In this document: piece by piece, positions 1 to 11,270 of the stretch
How positions within the stretch are numbered: the first letter of the stretch is position 1
How the letters are laid out: each line of letters begins with the position of its first letter
Notes under the pieces: generated by a model
Told to the model about the DNA's origin: nothing
Seen by the model: only the letters and a program-made list of their open reading frames with translations
Database searches by the model: none
Source of the DNA: Vicugna vicugna
Lineage: Eukaryota
DNA: 64,000 nt
NCBI GenBank assembly: GCA_013265495.1
Contig: MU057560.1
Location: 756,753 to 820,752 of the forward strand
Direction: 5' to 3'
Program-made: the position numbers and the translations under genes

Positions 1-514
1 CATCAGAGGGTTTCAGCTGAACTCTCTAGAGAAGACCACGACTGCAGAGACTGAGCACTGGTGATCAAGGACAGATTTCATCAGTCGATGGGGACATGTC
101 TCAATTTTCAAACCATGCTTGCCAGTCCAGTCTTCTCTTCTTGTCAAAGTTAAGACTATTCACATACTTGGTTTAGATCATTGTCTCTATGAAGGAGTCA
201 AATATTCTAGAGGTAGACCCCGCTGACCCTTGAAATGCAATTTTGTATTTTTGTCCACTATACCAATAACCGTGATCAGGAATCACAGAGGCCATGGAAA
301 AAGTAATGCCTTAAAACTGGCCGATAAATTTATCCTGTGGTCACTTAAACCCTTTCTGACCTTCCTGGCATTAAAGAAGAAAAATAGTTTCCAGCAAGAA
401 ATCAAAATGCAATCCCTTCAAAAGACTCTTGCTTTGATTTCTTCATGGTGTCAACTGACTTTTAGAGCTTCCTGCAGTGTACAATACTGGAGAGAGAGTA
501 AAGAAAAAGAAAAA

Positions 515-1262
515 TACTATATTCATTACCTTGTAGTAGCCTACAATGAAAAAGAATATGAAAAGGAATATATATATATATATACATTTATAGCCAAGAT
601 ACAGAAACAACTTGAGTGTCCACTAACAGATGAATTGATAAACATGAATATATATACATACAATGGATAATATTATAGATGCGTACACCCAATGGAATAT
701 TACTCTGCCACGAGAAAGAAGGGAATTCTGTCATTTGCAGCAACACAGATGGAACTTGATGGTGTTATGCCCAGTGAAATAAGCCAGACAGGGAAAGACA
801 AATACTGCAGGGCATCATTTATGTGCGGAAACTAATATATATATATATATTTTTTTAAAATAAAAATATATATATGTCATTTTGAAGCCAGCCCCACAGA
901 AAGAGCATAGAAGCATGGTTATCAGGTCTGGGAGCTGGGGACATAGACAGAGGTTGTGAAAGGGCACAAACTTTCAGCTATAAGATGAGTAGCATCTGAG
1001 GATCTAATGTACAATGTGCTGGTGGTACTGGACAACATCACAGCATATCGTGGAAATTTGCTAAGAGAGTAGAATAACCTAAATGTCCCCTCTCCCAAAA
1101 GAGACACATCCGTGAGGTGCTGGATATGTTATTAACTAGATGGGGGACTCCTCTCATAATGTGTGTGTACATATCCACATACCACGACACGCACTTTGAA
1201 AATCTTGCAGTTTTATATGTCATTGAATACCTCAATAAAGCTGAAGCCTAAAAAAATATCAA
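515..1262 (+). mobile_element. LINE-1 3' fragment (ORF2 end plus L1MA-like 3' UTR), preceded by a short piece of a younger L1 3' UTR
   Basis: CAATGGAATATTACTCTGCC, TCATTTGCAGCAACACAGATGGAACTT, AGTGAAATAAGCCAGACAGGGAAAGACAAATACTG and AAATTTGCTAAGAGAGTAGA are typical L1 motifs; ends in CTCAATAAAGCTG plus an A-rich tail. Confidence 0.85.
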
Positions 1263-1309
1263 ATAAAAATTAGAAGGTTTGGAGCTACTACACACTCAGC
1301 TCTTCTTCG

Positions 1310-1470
1310 TTGATCTCATTTAATCCTGATGGCACCTAGTAAAGTAAGGATTCAAAATTCAATTTTAAAGTTAAGGAAACTTCGATTCCGCAACGGTAAG
1401 TCACTTAACGCACGTCAGAGGGTTAGCACGTGCCAGAGCCTGGTTCTCATTCAGATTTGCCTGACTGCAG
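1310..1470 (-). mobile_element. MIR SINE
   Basis: ATCTCATTTAATCCT...TTTTAAAGTTAAGGAAACT...GGTAAGTCACTT resembles the reverse-complemented MIR core. Confidence 0.65.
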
Positions 1471-1484
1471 AGATCATTTCAAAA

Positions 1485-1830
1485 TCCGTTTCGACAAAAG
1501 CTCACTGAGTACCTACGAAGCACATGGTACCTACCGCGCTATATGCTAGAGAGCCACACCAGCTTTTAAAAGCTTGGTTTCTACCCTCAAGGATTTTATG
1601 ATCCAGAGGGACAGTCAGGGGTGCAAGCAACTCGGCAAAGCCCGCCGTGAAGCAGCCGCTCCCCCGTTGGGGGGGATGTAAACAAGGCCGGGTGCGAGAC
1701 CCAGAGGGGAGGGCTTGCTCTGACTCAGGGATCCAGACACACTTCCAAAAGCAAATGATGTTTGAGCAATGCCTTGAGGAATGAGTGGGATTTTGTCAGA
1801 CAGACAAGATGGGAAGAGCACTCTTCTCAC
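1485..1830 (-). mobile_element. L2 LINE 3' fragment
   Basis: Degenerate reverse L2 tail (CTCACTGAGTACCTAC) followed by CTACCCTCAAGGA...ATCCAGAGGG and purine-rich L2-like sequence. Confidence 0.5.
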
Positions 1831-4709
1831 TTTACAAGGGCCCCCGGATGATGTTTATTCAGAAGTAGGTAGGAGCATCTGAGGTCATTGTTTCATGTTG
1901 TCAAACATCCGTGAACATTTGCACTGAAGTCTCTTTGTCTGGAATGAACCCCTGGAGGGCGGGAGCCCTGTCCCGCTTCTCTGGTATCAGCGATGCCTGG
2001 TGGGTGCCGTGTCCCTCTTCCCTCCGTCAGAGTGCAGTCTGGCGACTGCAACAATGAGTGCATGTACGTTCCAATAAACCGAAAACTTAGCCAGACCTGA
2101 AGAATCTTTATTACATGCATTTTGGATGTCGGGTGGTTCGTATCCTTTTCTGTTTAATAACTGCAGCGTGGTGGACGCATGCACACATTGCTTTTGTTCT
2201 CAGTGAGAGAGTGAGAGCAGGCTGGTGCCCTAAGGGCACAGACTTCTGACTCAGCTGCGGTCCAGGACTTCAGTGCAAAGGCAGCTGGACTGCTGCCCTC
2301 GAGAATAAGTGCGAAGGAGCTTCAGTGGTTCTCTCTTTTCAAATCAATCATTTCCTTTCCTTCCCAAGTCCTAGCACATGCTTGTTTTGGGTCCTTCTGT
2401 TCTGTCACTTAACGTGCAGCCTTTTTTTTCTCTTCTGATAAACTGAAGGTCTTAGTAACAAGGGTCTTCGTTCATTGAGATCACGGGATAGCAAGCCATG
2501 GAGAGAGGCTGCACTCCCTGTATCACGTTAGGGGACTCATGTGTGTTGTATTTTCCGTCTATGAATATGAGTGGTCAGAGTTGTGCTTACACAGAATCGC
2601 AGTGTTCTGTGGACCACGGCGCTGGTGCCCTGCAATCACACAGGTGGAGACTCACGGTGAGCTTACAACAGAAAGGAACCCAGTGCCAGGTAAATATGTG
2701 CATGGATAAATCGTGTTCAGGTACCCCCAGGACTCCTCCGGGGAGCTGAATGCTGTGTAAAGATAAAGACAAACTGAGTATTTGCACACACAACTCGTTG
2801 GATGATCTGATGGCTCCTCTAAGTAGAAACTTAGGGTGAAATCAGCTAAGTTCACACATGGTTGTAATAGACCTGTGATAGGCATGTGAATGGGCTGCTA
2901 GCAGATGTGATCTTCAGAGCAAGAGAAGGATGGATTCGCGCCTCCCTCTTCCCTCCCTCCCTCTCTCCTTCCCTCTCTTTCTTATTAGCGTCTTAAAGGT
3001 GTACTTCTTCAAGCTGGATTTGGAGCTTTCTCCACCAGCAGCCTTTCTTCTGAATCACTTGGGTGTTTCACTGCCTGGAACATGGCTCTTAGACGTTCCC
3101 GCTTCCCCACAAGCCAGCATCACCCCTTGGCAAACCCAGATTTCCGACAGCATGGCAGGAGGCTTACGCCTCGGAGGAAGGAGCAGCTGCCCTGCAGGTG
3201 ATCCTCCAGAAATGCCCCCCAGCGCCCAGAAGGAAGCTGGGTCGGCTTAATTCCACGAAGCAAATTTAATCATTTGTCTCTTTGTAAATAGGGATGCAGG
3301 AAGAAACCAAAAATAATTTCTTGGTAGAGTTCTAACAAAGCGGTTGCTCCTAAAAGTACATATGTCTAAATGTCCCATTCACAGGATCTGCAGACTTACA
3401 AGATTTTCCGGGAGCTGTCAAGTATGTGAGCATGAGTCATGCCAGGGAGATGCAGGATCTCCCATCTCTTCCTCTGACGTCGCCCTCGTGTGCAGCTCTG
3501 AACGCACCATCCGCGTTTACTTAAAGGAAATAAAATGAATTCAGAAGCTTTCGTCCAAGCCAAAGAAATCCTCCGCATTCTGCCATTTTCCCCTCCCTTT
3601 GCTAATTAGGAGCAGCCCCCGTTCATCACACACGAATGCATTCATAGATTTTCAGCTTATGCCTGCCTTTTGTTTCAGCAAACCATCTGTAAATTAAATC
3701 TGCAACAGAAAACCTGCCAACCCAGAAAGCCGTTTAATACTAATTATTGCGTGAGGATAGAAGATTTGGAGCAATCTTTCGTAATCAGTATCAGAATTTA
3801 TCTCCGCCTCGATGACAACGCCGTCGAGTAAATCATGCTGATACGCCGCTATCTGCATGACTGCTCTGGGCTCGCACCGGGCCGCTACACGTCTGTCAGG
3901 GCTTTCTTTGTAAAGAAACACTTTTTTAAGAACGTTAAAATTGTCAGATAAAATTCTCACCAGTTACAAAGGGATCCAGAAAGAGGTCATGATAATTTCT
4001 TTTCGTTTCTATCTCAATTAATTGATTTTCCTCTTTGGGTGGATAAATGAGGGCTCAAAGTTACATATCTAGGTTTATCTGGTAAATTGGATTAATAATT
4101 CTTTCAAAGAGAAAAAGTGAACATGTGCAGGTGTCCGTGTGTTTATGCTGGTGAACTCTTGAATTTTAGGAGCAAGTAGAGCCGAATGGGAACCAACTTG
4201 GACATTAACTGCTCACGCCCTGACCATCACTGCGGTCCTCACCGTCACCGTGACTGACAATTACATTTGTAATGCATAATTACATTTTTGCAAGCACGAT
4301 GCAGATGGTGGCAGGCAGGCTGCAGGCTGTGCTCCGCCGGGAGGCCCGGGGACACATCACTGGCCGAGAGTGGCGCAAGCATCACCAGAGGTGGGGGTCT
4401 CCCCTCCGCAGGCCGGGCTGGTGCAGGAGCAGCTCCAGCAAGACATGCTCGCAGCTGTTTCATGGGGAGCTGGCGGCCCCCGCGTGCCTTGCGGGCTCTT
4501 TCGCTGCTGGAGTCCTAAGCGCACAAGGACGGTGACTCTGCGTGAGACGGCTCATTGACAGGTATCCCAGGTGGGTCTGGGCCCCCATCAGTGAGTCGTT
4601 GGGTCCAGAAGCACAGCTGAGAAAGGGACGGAGGGCCAGAGAGTAGGAGGGAAGGACGAGGGCCGGCTGTGGCTGCCGGCCCAACCCCAGCTCCTGAGCG
4701 TCGGGTGGA

Positions 4710-5065
4710 GTGTTTCATTCCTGGGTCACCTCGGCTGAACCAGGGTGCCCGGGTGCTGGGTGAAGCACTAGTCTAGACATGAAAGTGTTTTCTGGGCAAG
4801 ATTAGAATTTAAATCCGTAGACTCTGAGTAAAGCAGGTGACCCTCCCCAAATGTGGGGTGGGGCTCGTCCAACCAGTTGAAGGCCATTGGGTAAGAAAGA
4901 CTGAGGTCCCTCGAAGAAGGGGGGTCTGCGTCACCGTGGGCTCTGGGCTCGAGCTGCAGCATCGCCCTTCCCAGGGTCTCCCGCCTGCCCGCCTGCCTGG
5001 CAGGTTTCAGCCTTGCCCGCCTCCACAATCACACTAGCCAGCCTCTCTCTCTCATATCTGTATGT
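4710..5065 (+). mobile_element. MLT2-type (ERVL) LTR
   Basis: GTAGACTCTGAGTAAAGCAGGTGACCCTCCCCAAATGTGGG...CCAACCAGTTGAAGGCC...CCTCCACAATCAC match MLT2 hallmarks. Confidence 0.75.
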
Positions 5066-5069
5066 GTTC

Positions 5070-5230
5070 CAGGGCTCATGGTTTCCTTGTCTGCCCTCCT
5101 GGCTGGCCACCTGCTCCATCCGCCAAGTCCTGCTCCCTCCTTTTTATTCTTGGGTGTTGACGGCTAATAAGCCTCCTGCACCCCAACTTCATCTCGGCAG
5201 CTGCTGGTGGAGACGCCCCCCGTTCCCCTG
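5070..5230 (+). mobile_element. ERVL LTR fragment (LTR16/LTR33-like 3' end)
   Basis: TAATAAGCCTCCTGCACCCCAACTTCATCTCGGCAGCTGCT resembles the 3' end of these families. Confidence 0.4.
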
Positions 5231-8200
5231 ACGGACCTCCTCCCTGCCTTCTCTTGCGTCTTGCTCCACGTGGAGACAGAAAAGCAGCTGCTGAGTTTTT
5301 GATGGCGAACTATTCTCTCTTCTGGGAAGGATTCTGATGCCACCCACTGAAGGAGCGCTTACTAATCCCTCTCAGTTCCCCTCCCACCCTGTGTGTGTGT
5401 GCGCACGAACGTGCACACGCGCGAACACGCATGCATCTATGTCCATATACTATATGGACCATATGCATAAAACCCCGCATACACACGTGCGAGTATAGTA
5501 TTGAATCTATTCATACGGCCCTATCGTAGGACGGTCACCTGTGTGTTACACTCACTGTGCGTCTCCTTCGTGGATAGACTGAACCCGGTGAACATTATCA
5601 CTGTCTCACCCGCCTCACTCACTGTAGTGGGTCGCCCAGTACGTGAGAGAGAAAGGAAGAAAGGAATGCAGGGAGGGGTCAGGACAGGCAGCAGGAGGCA
5701 GGGAGCTCGGCTCAAGTCACTACAGAGGCTGAGGAGCTGCTTTAAAAAGATGAGGAACGTTGGTTGACCAAGAAGTCTTTGAAATGCAGTTTGAAGAAAG
5801 GTCTTGAACCTGCTTCTTACCAGGGGTCATTAGGGGGAAAAAATCCCTACATAATTAAAATGATAAATGAAGTAGAATCTTTTGGACCCCCTCTGTAATG
5901 AGGAGTCACGCTCTGTACAATATGCTTTAAAAACCTGCTCTCATGTGACCGTCGCCAACATCCCAGAGCACAGATGGAGCCAATCCGATGGCGTTTTTCC
6001 CACGGACAGATGCGGAAATACGAGGCCAAGGTAGCTGACGACTTACATAAGTGACACAGCCGGGCAGGGAAGGGGCCGTCTCCCCGCCCCAGGGCCTCCC
6101 CCACATCGCCTGTGCCTGCAAAGCCGAGCGGTTCTCAGGATGGCCTCTCTGTCGCAGACGGCGTAACCCTATCCAGCATTGTTTCCGTCATGTCTTAACC
6201 TTTTGTGAGCTATTCCAAGGCATGATGGGACCCATAACATCTTTTATGAAAGCATTTATGAGCTTTTAAAGTACATCATTTTTTAAACTTGGGGATAGAG
6301 AAAGGCCTTACACTTTAAATCTTTTGAATTCCTTAGAATTTTCCAATCCGGTACGTTAGCTATACATCTCAGTCCATAGCTCAGAGGTTGCAGGAATAGT
6401 TTCCTTTTTGTTTTTCTATAATTCAGCTTAGTTTCTGCTTTGAGTCTCCCGTCAACCAAGCTGGCAGAGACTAACTCTTGGGTATTTAGGGACAGTTCCA
6501 TCCCGGCGATGAGGTAAGCGTCTGAGGGCATGTACTGTAAGACTTTTCGGGGGGTGCCTCTGCTTCTTAAGTCACCTGTGCTCAGTCTTACCTGCTGACA
6601 CGTCCCTGCCCCGCTGGGGGCCCGAGGGGAGCCAGTCACGGCGTTTCGCTGAGGTGTCCCTGGGCCTCACCTTGCCTTTCAGGCCGGTCACTGCCCCACG
6701 GCTGGGCGTCACGGCGGGGTCCTCCTGCCTCCGCGTGCCACGCTGGGGCAGCAGCTTCTCGTCCACACTGTGCAAAGCCCCGTCTCCCCAGATCCACTGC
6801 TGCACTGTGGCCTGTCTCACTTTTCCTGACTCTTTGGGTTCTTGCTAGGAATCGGGGAACTGGACCCTCCACCATCTGCAACTCCACCCTCAACTCTTCT
6901 CTTTTCTTCCTAAGAGTTTGGAGAATCTTCATAACGACGAGGGTGGGGTGGTGGTCGGCAGGAAAGGGAAAGTTCCCCTTAACCCCCCATGTCCTTCAAC
7001 ATTCTGCCTGGCATCTCCTGTGCCCTAAGTCACAGACTTTTCGATCTTGAATTCAAGTTTCCTCCCCAGAACTCTGCTGATACCTTCTTCTAGGACGCTG
7101 GGCACCCAGGGCGTACGCGCTGCAACGGGGTTAGAAGCAGAGACCGGGAGTCATGGGTATGAAGCACAGCGATCATAATTTTTATACCAGCGAATACTCT
7201 CAACGCCAGCACCACCACGCAGCCGTGAGAAACCCACGCTCCCGGGGCCTGGGGGCGCGCGTGCTTTGGGGCAGCCCTCCTTTAGACTGCGTTCAGTCAC
7301 TTAATAGAAGCTGCCCATTTTACCCCACGCTTGTAGGAGCTGCGTCTTCTTTCTCTGTTTCCCTGGCCTCCTGCCTTTTCTTCTCTGGGCCCTGCACAGG
7401 CTTATTTGATAAATAAGTGAGTCAATGATGTGCAGATTTCTTCAAAGAACTCATAAAACAAAACAAAACAAAAGAAAAACCGTCTCATTTGAACAGTCTC
7501 CTGCGTCTGCCTCTTTGGGTTTAACGGTAGAAGGTAGAGACCTCGATGGCTCTGACACGGGAGCGCGGGTACCAGCGTTGTAAAGATGCAGGCACACAGC
7601 GCTGGCGTGTGTGCCGCGAGTGGTTGTCTGGAAGCGGCAGGCGTCAATCAGACCGTTCAGTCTGGAATCCGTTCAGTACACGCGCAGCACACGATCGAAG
7701 ATTTGCTGATTGAATCACCCAAAGCCGAAAACAGTTACAGTAATTCCAGGCTCCAGTTGGATTCCGATGTCAAGGCAGACCGTTTGTCAGCACGGAGCTG
7801 CTTTAAGCCTGGGAAGTAAACATCACAGGACTGCCTTCCACCCCACTCTGTTCCTCAGCCCTCACATTCATCATCGTGCCCAGCAAATCACACATCAAAA
7901 CGCCATTAAATAATGTTGTTGAATAAGTTTTCTTCTCCTGCACAATTGACTCTAACGCGACCTAGGAGGCCGTGCTAATAGTTCAGTGGGAATTGACAGT
8001 TTCCAGGGAGTGGTCTCCCAATCCTTTTAATTTTTCTTTTATTTCAGGAGAGGTGGCTGCTGAAGGGGGATGTGAAATATTATTTCTAAGTGTGGACCCA
8101 GATGAAAGTTAAAACCCAGCTGGGTGGCGGACGGGAAATCTGAAAGATGAGTGAGGAGTGTGCGGTGAGCCGTGTCCCTGGGGGGAGGGAACAACTCCAA

Positions 8201-8365
8201 GGAAAAACAACAAATATGGCGTCAAGGAAATTGGACTCCAATCTTAGTATTTCTGGGTTTCTCATAATTAGGAGGAAAGAAATTTGCTTTCTAGTTTCTA
8301 AGAATTTACAAACAAGAAATGCTAGAGTCTGGTCTTTTTCATATTTATTTGCCCAGTGGCTTCTT

Positions 8366-9202
8366 GTTCACTGAGGTAGAGTCAGTTTACAATGCTGTGT
8401 CAATTTCTGGTGTCGAGCACAGCACTTCAGTCATACGTGGACACACATATATTCATTTTCATATTCTTTTTTCACAATAAGTTACTATAAGATACTAAAT
8501 AGAGTTCCCTGTGCTGTATAGAAGAAACTTGTTATTTGTCTATTTCTTACACAGTAGTCAGTATCTGCAAATCCCAACCCCCCAGTTTATCCCTTCCCAC
8601 TCCTTTCCTCCCTGGTAACCACAAGTTTGTTTTCTATGTTTGCGATTCTGTTTCTGTTTTGTAAATAAGTTCATTTGTCTTTTTTTTAGATTCCACATAT
8701 GAGTGATATCATATGGTATTTTTCTTTCTCTTTCTGGCTTATTTCACTTAGAATGACAATTTCCAGTTCCATCCATGTTGTCATAAATGACATTGTTTTA
8801 TTATTTTTTATGGCTGTGTAGTATTCTATTGTATAATTATACAACTTCTTTATCCATTCATCTGCTGATGGACGTTTAGGTTGTTTCCATGTTTTTGGCT
8901 CTTGTAAATAGCGCTGCTATGAACACTGGGGTGCAAGTATATTTTTGAATTAAAGTTCCCTCTGGATATATGCCCAGGATTGGGATTGCTGGATCATATG
9001 GTAACACTAATTATCAGAGAAATGCAAATCAAAACCACAATGAGGTATCACCTCACACCAGCCAGAATGGCCATCATTAAAAAGTCCATGAAAAGTCCAT
9101 GAAAATGCTGGAGAGGCTGTGGAGAAAAGGGAACCCTCCTACACTGCTGGTGGGAATGCAGTTTGGTGCAGCCACTGTGGAAAACAGTATGGAGATTCCT
9201 CG
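8366..9202 (-). mobile_element. 5'-truncated, 5'-inverted LINE-1 (cetartiodactyl/camelid type) with 10-bp TSD
   Basis: 8366-~9005 is an antisense L1 3' UTR/ORF2 end; ~9006-9201 is a sense L1 ORF2 piece ([12 protein letters not shown] in the ORF track); GTGGCTTCTT flanks at 8356-8365 and 9203-9212. Confidence 0.9.
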
Positions 9203-9319
9203 GTGGCTTCTTAGCTGAGAACACAAGGAAGTCATTCAGGATAAAAATTGTGAAAGGCGTCCAGCCCTTAGAAGCTAGTAAAAGGTATCGGAAAGAATCT
9301 AGGTTTGTAATCAACAGAG

Positions 9320-9500
9320 CTGGGCTTGATCTCTGGAACTGCTCTCCACTAGCTGTGCAGCTGGGCAAGTTCCTTCATCTCTTTGGCTGTTTCTCAATCT
9401 GCAAAATGGGGGCAATATAATCTAAGCATTCCTGTAAGGATTAGAAAAACACCACCTGGCAGAGTCTGTGGTGCGTAGCAGGCTTTCCCTACATGCTGGA
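9320..9500 (+). mobile_element. MIR SINE
   Basis: CACTAGCTGTGCAGCTGGGCAAGTTCCTTCATCTCT...TTTCTCAATCTGCAAAATGGGG...GTAAGGATTA. Confidence 0.7.
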
Positions 9501-9574
9501 AAATTTTATCAGCTGTTAGATCAAATGACAGTAAAAGAAGCAGGAGGGACCGGATCAAAGACACTGAAATTTAT

Positions 9575-9935
9575 ACCATATCACATCATTTATATATAAA
9601 ATCTTTAAAAAAAAAAGCAAAAAGACACAAACGAACTTATTTACAAAATCAGATACAGACTCACAGACATAGAAAACAAATTTATGGTTACCAGGGGAAA
9701 GGGGGGGATGTGGAAGGATAAATTGGGAGTTTGGGATTAGCTAATACTAACTACTGTATATAAAATAGATAAACAACAAGGTCCTACTGTGCAGCACAGG
9801 GAAGTCTATTCAATATCTTGTAATGACCTATAATGAAAAAGAATATGGAAAGAATGTGTGTATATGGATAAAGGAGTCACTGTACTGAACATCAGAAATG
9901 AACACACTCTACATTCCCTTCAAAAGAGAAAAAAG
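9575..9935 (+). mobile_element. LINE-1 3' UTR fragment (cetartiodactyl type)
   Basis: GAACTTATTTACAAAA...CAGACTCACAGACATAGAAAACAAATTTATGGTTACC...GGATAAATTGGGAGTTTGGGATT...TATATAAAATAGATAAACAACAAGG. Confidence 0.88.
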
Positions 9936-10119
9936 GCAGGGGACACCTCAAAGCAATGTTCCTGTAGTTCCCCTGATTCCGAGTCTTTTAGTAAGCATCT
10001 AGCTCGTGCATCACCACCAACGGGGAGGGACGGAATCTGCTACTGGCATCCAAATGTGAAAAAGAACAGCGTATTTGAATCTCTTGAAATACAAACTCCA
10101 AATACCCCTTTTCCGAACT

Positions 10120-10590
10120 GATAGACTTTATTTTTCAGATCAGTTTTAAGTTTATAGAAAACCTGAGCAGTCAGCACAGAGTTCCTGTCTCTCCTCAAAA
10201 CATAGTTTCCCGGGAAGGAGGGGAGAGTCCGGCCCAGCGGTATAGCGCCTGCTTCGCCTGCACGAGGTCCCGGGCTCCATCCCCAGTGCCTCCTCTAGAA
10301 GCGAATAAGCCTACTTACCTCCCTGACTCCAGTCAAAATAAAAAATAAGTAAGTTATGCAATGCATAAATAAAATTTAAAAAAACGTAATTTCCCTTATT
10401 ATTTACATCTGGCTTTAGTGTCATACGTTTGTTCCAGTGGTGAACCAGCATTAACACACGTCATTGGCCAAAGTCCGCAGTGGGTGTTAAGACCCACCCT
10501 TTGTGTTGGACGTTCTGGGGGTTTGGACAGAGGCTCGTATTCACCATCATGGTATCACCCGGGGTAGCTGCCCTGACCCCACACTCTCCG
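10120..10590 (-). mobile_element. Old LINE-1 3' end (L1MC/L1MD-like), interrupted by a SINE
   Basis: ATAGACTTTATTTTTCAGATCAGTTTTAAGTTTATAGAAAA and CCAAAGTCCGCAGTGGGTGTTAAGACCCACCCTTTGTGTTG mirror the plus-strand copy at 10640-11270. Confidence 0.7.
10212..10380 (+). mobile_element. tRNA-Ala-derived SINE (camelid Vic-1-like) with ~15-bp TSD
   Basis: tRNA-Ala-like head (GGTATAGCGCCTGCTTCGCCTGCACGAGGTCCCGGGCTCCATCCCCAGTGCCTCC), CCTACTTACCTCCCC segment, A-rich tail; TSD AAAACATAGTTTCCC (10197-10211) / AAAACGTAATTTCCC (10381-10395). Confidence 0.85.
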
Positions 10591-10639
10591 GGCCGCCGCG
10601 TCTTCAGCACTTCTGGGTATTGGCTCAAATGAGTTGGAT

Positions 10640-11270
10640 CTCTATGTTCACACAAGAATCTGAGTATGAAAGCTTATCGCATGCTTTATGTTGATTTATA
10701 CCTGCCAAAAGTCAGCAGCAACTAAGGCGCCCTCCAACGGCTGCATGAATAAATCAGCGTGGCCCTCTGTGCCACGGGGTGGTCCTCGGTGACGAAAGGA
10801 AACGGCTACCAAGCCACACAAGGTCGTGGGGAAAACTAATGCAGACTGCCAAGTGAAGAAGCCACTAATTCCAACTCTACGACATTCTGAAATAGAAAAA
10901 AATCGAGATTATCAAAGATCAGGGGCTGCCAGGGGTTAGGAGGGAGGGGGAGTAAACAGGGGCAGAGAAGCTCCCCTGTGTGATACTGAGGTGGCGGACA
11001 CGTGGCATCATTCCTTTGCCAAAATCCACAGAGTGCATAAAACCAAGAGCACACGCTCACATAAACCATGGATTTTAATTAATAATAATATATCAATATG
11101 GGTTCATCTATTGTAATAAACATACTCCACTAATGTGTGAGCTTAATGACAGTGTTAATAACAGGGAAAACTGTGCGGGGGCGGTGGGGCTCTCAGGAAC
11201 TTTCTTTACTTTCTGTGCAATTTTTCTCTAAACCTCAGTCTGCTCTAAAAATAAAGTCTATTTTTTAAAA
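10640..11270 (+). mobile_element. Old LINE-1 3' end (L1MC/L1MD-like)
   Basis: GGCTGCCAGGGGTTAGGAGGG, TTTGCCAAAATCCACAGAGTG, TAAACCATGGATTTT; ends CTGCTCTAAAAATAAAGTCTATT. Confidence 0.8.

Noticed and set aside
6572..6932. Minus-strand ORF starting MKILQTLRKKREELRVELQ, with a nearby CAG|GTAAGA donor
   Set aside because: The helical-looking start derives from a pyrimidine-rich tract and the rest is low-complexity; no recognisable homology or consistent exon chain
10219..10294. tRNA-Ala gene
   Set aside because: A and B boxes are degraded, and it is followed by a SINE body, A-rich tail and TSD, so it is a SINE head
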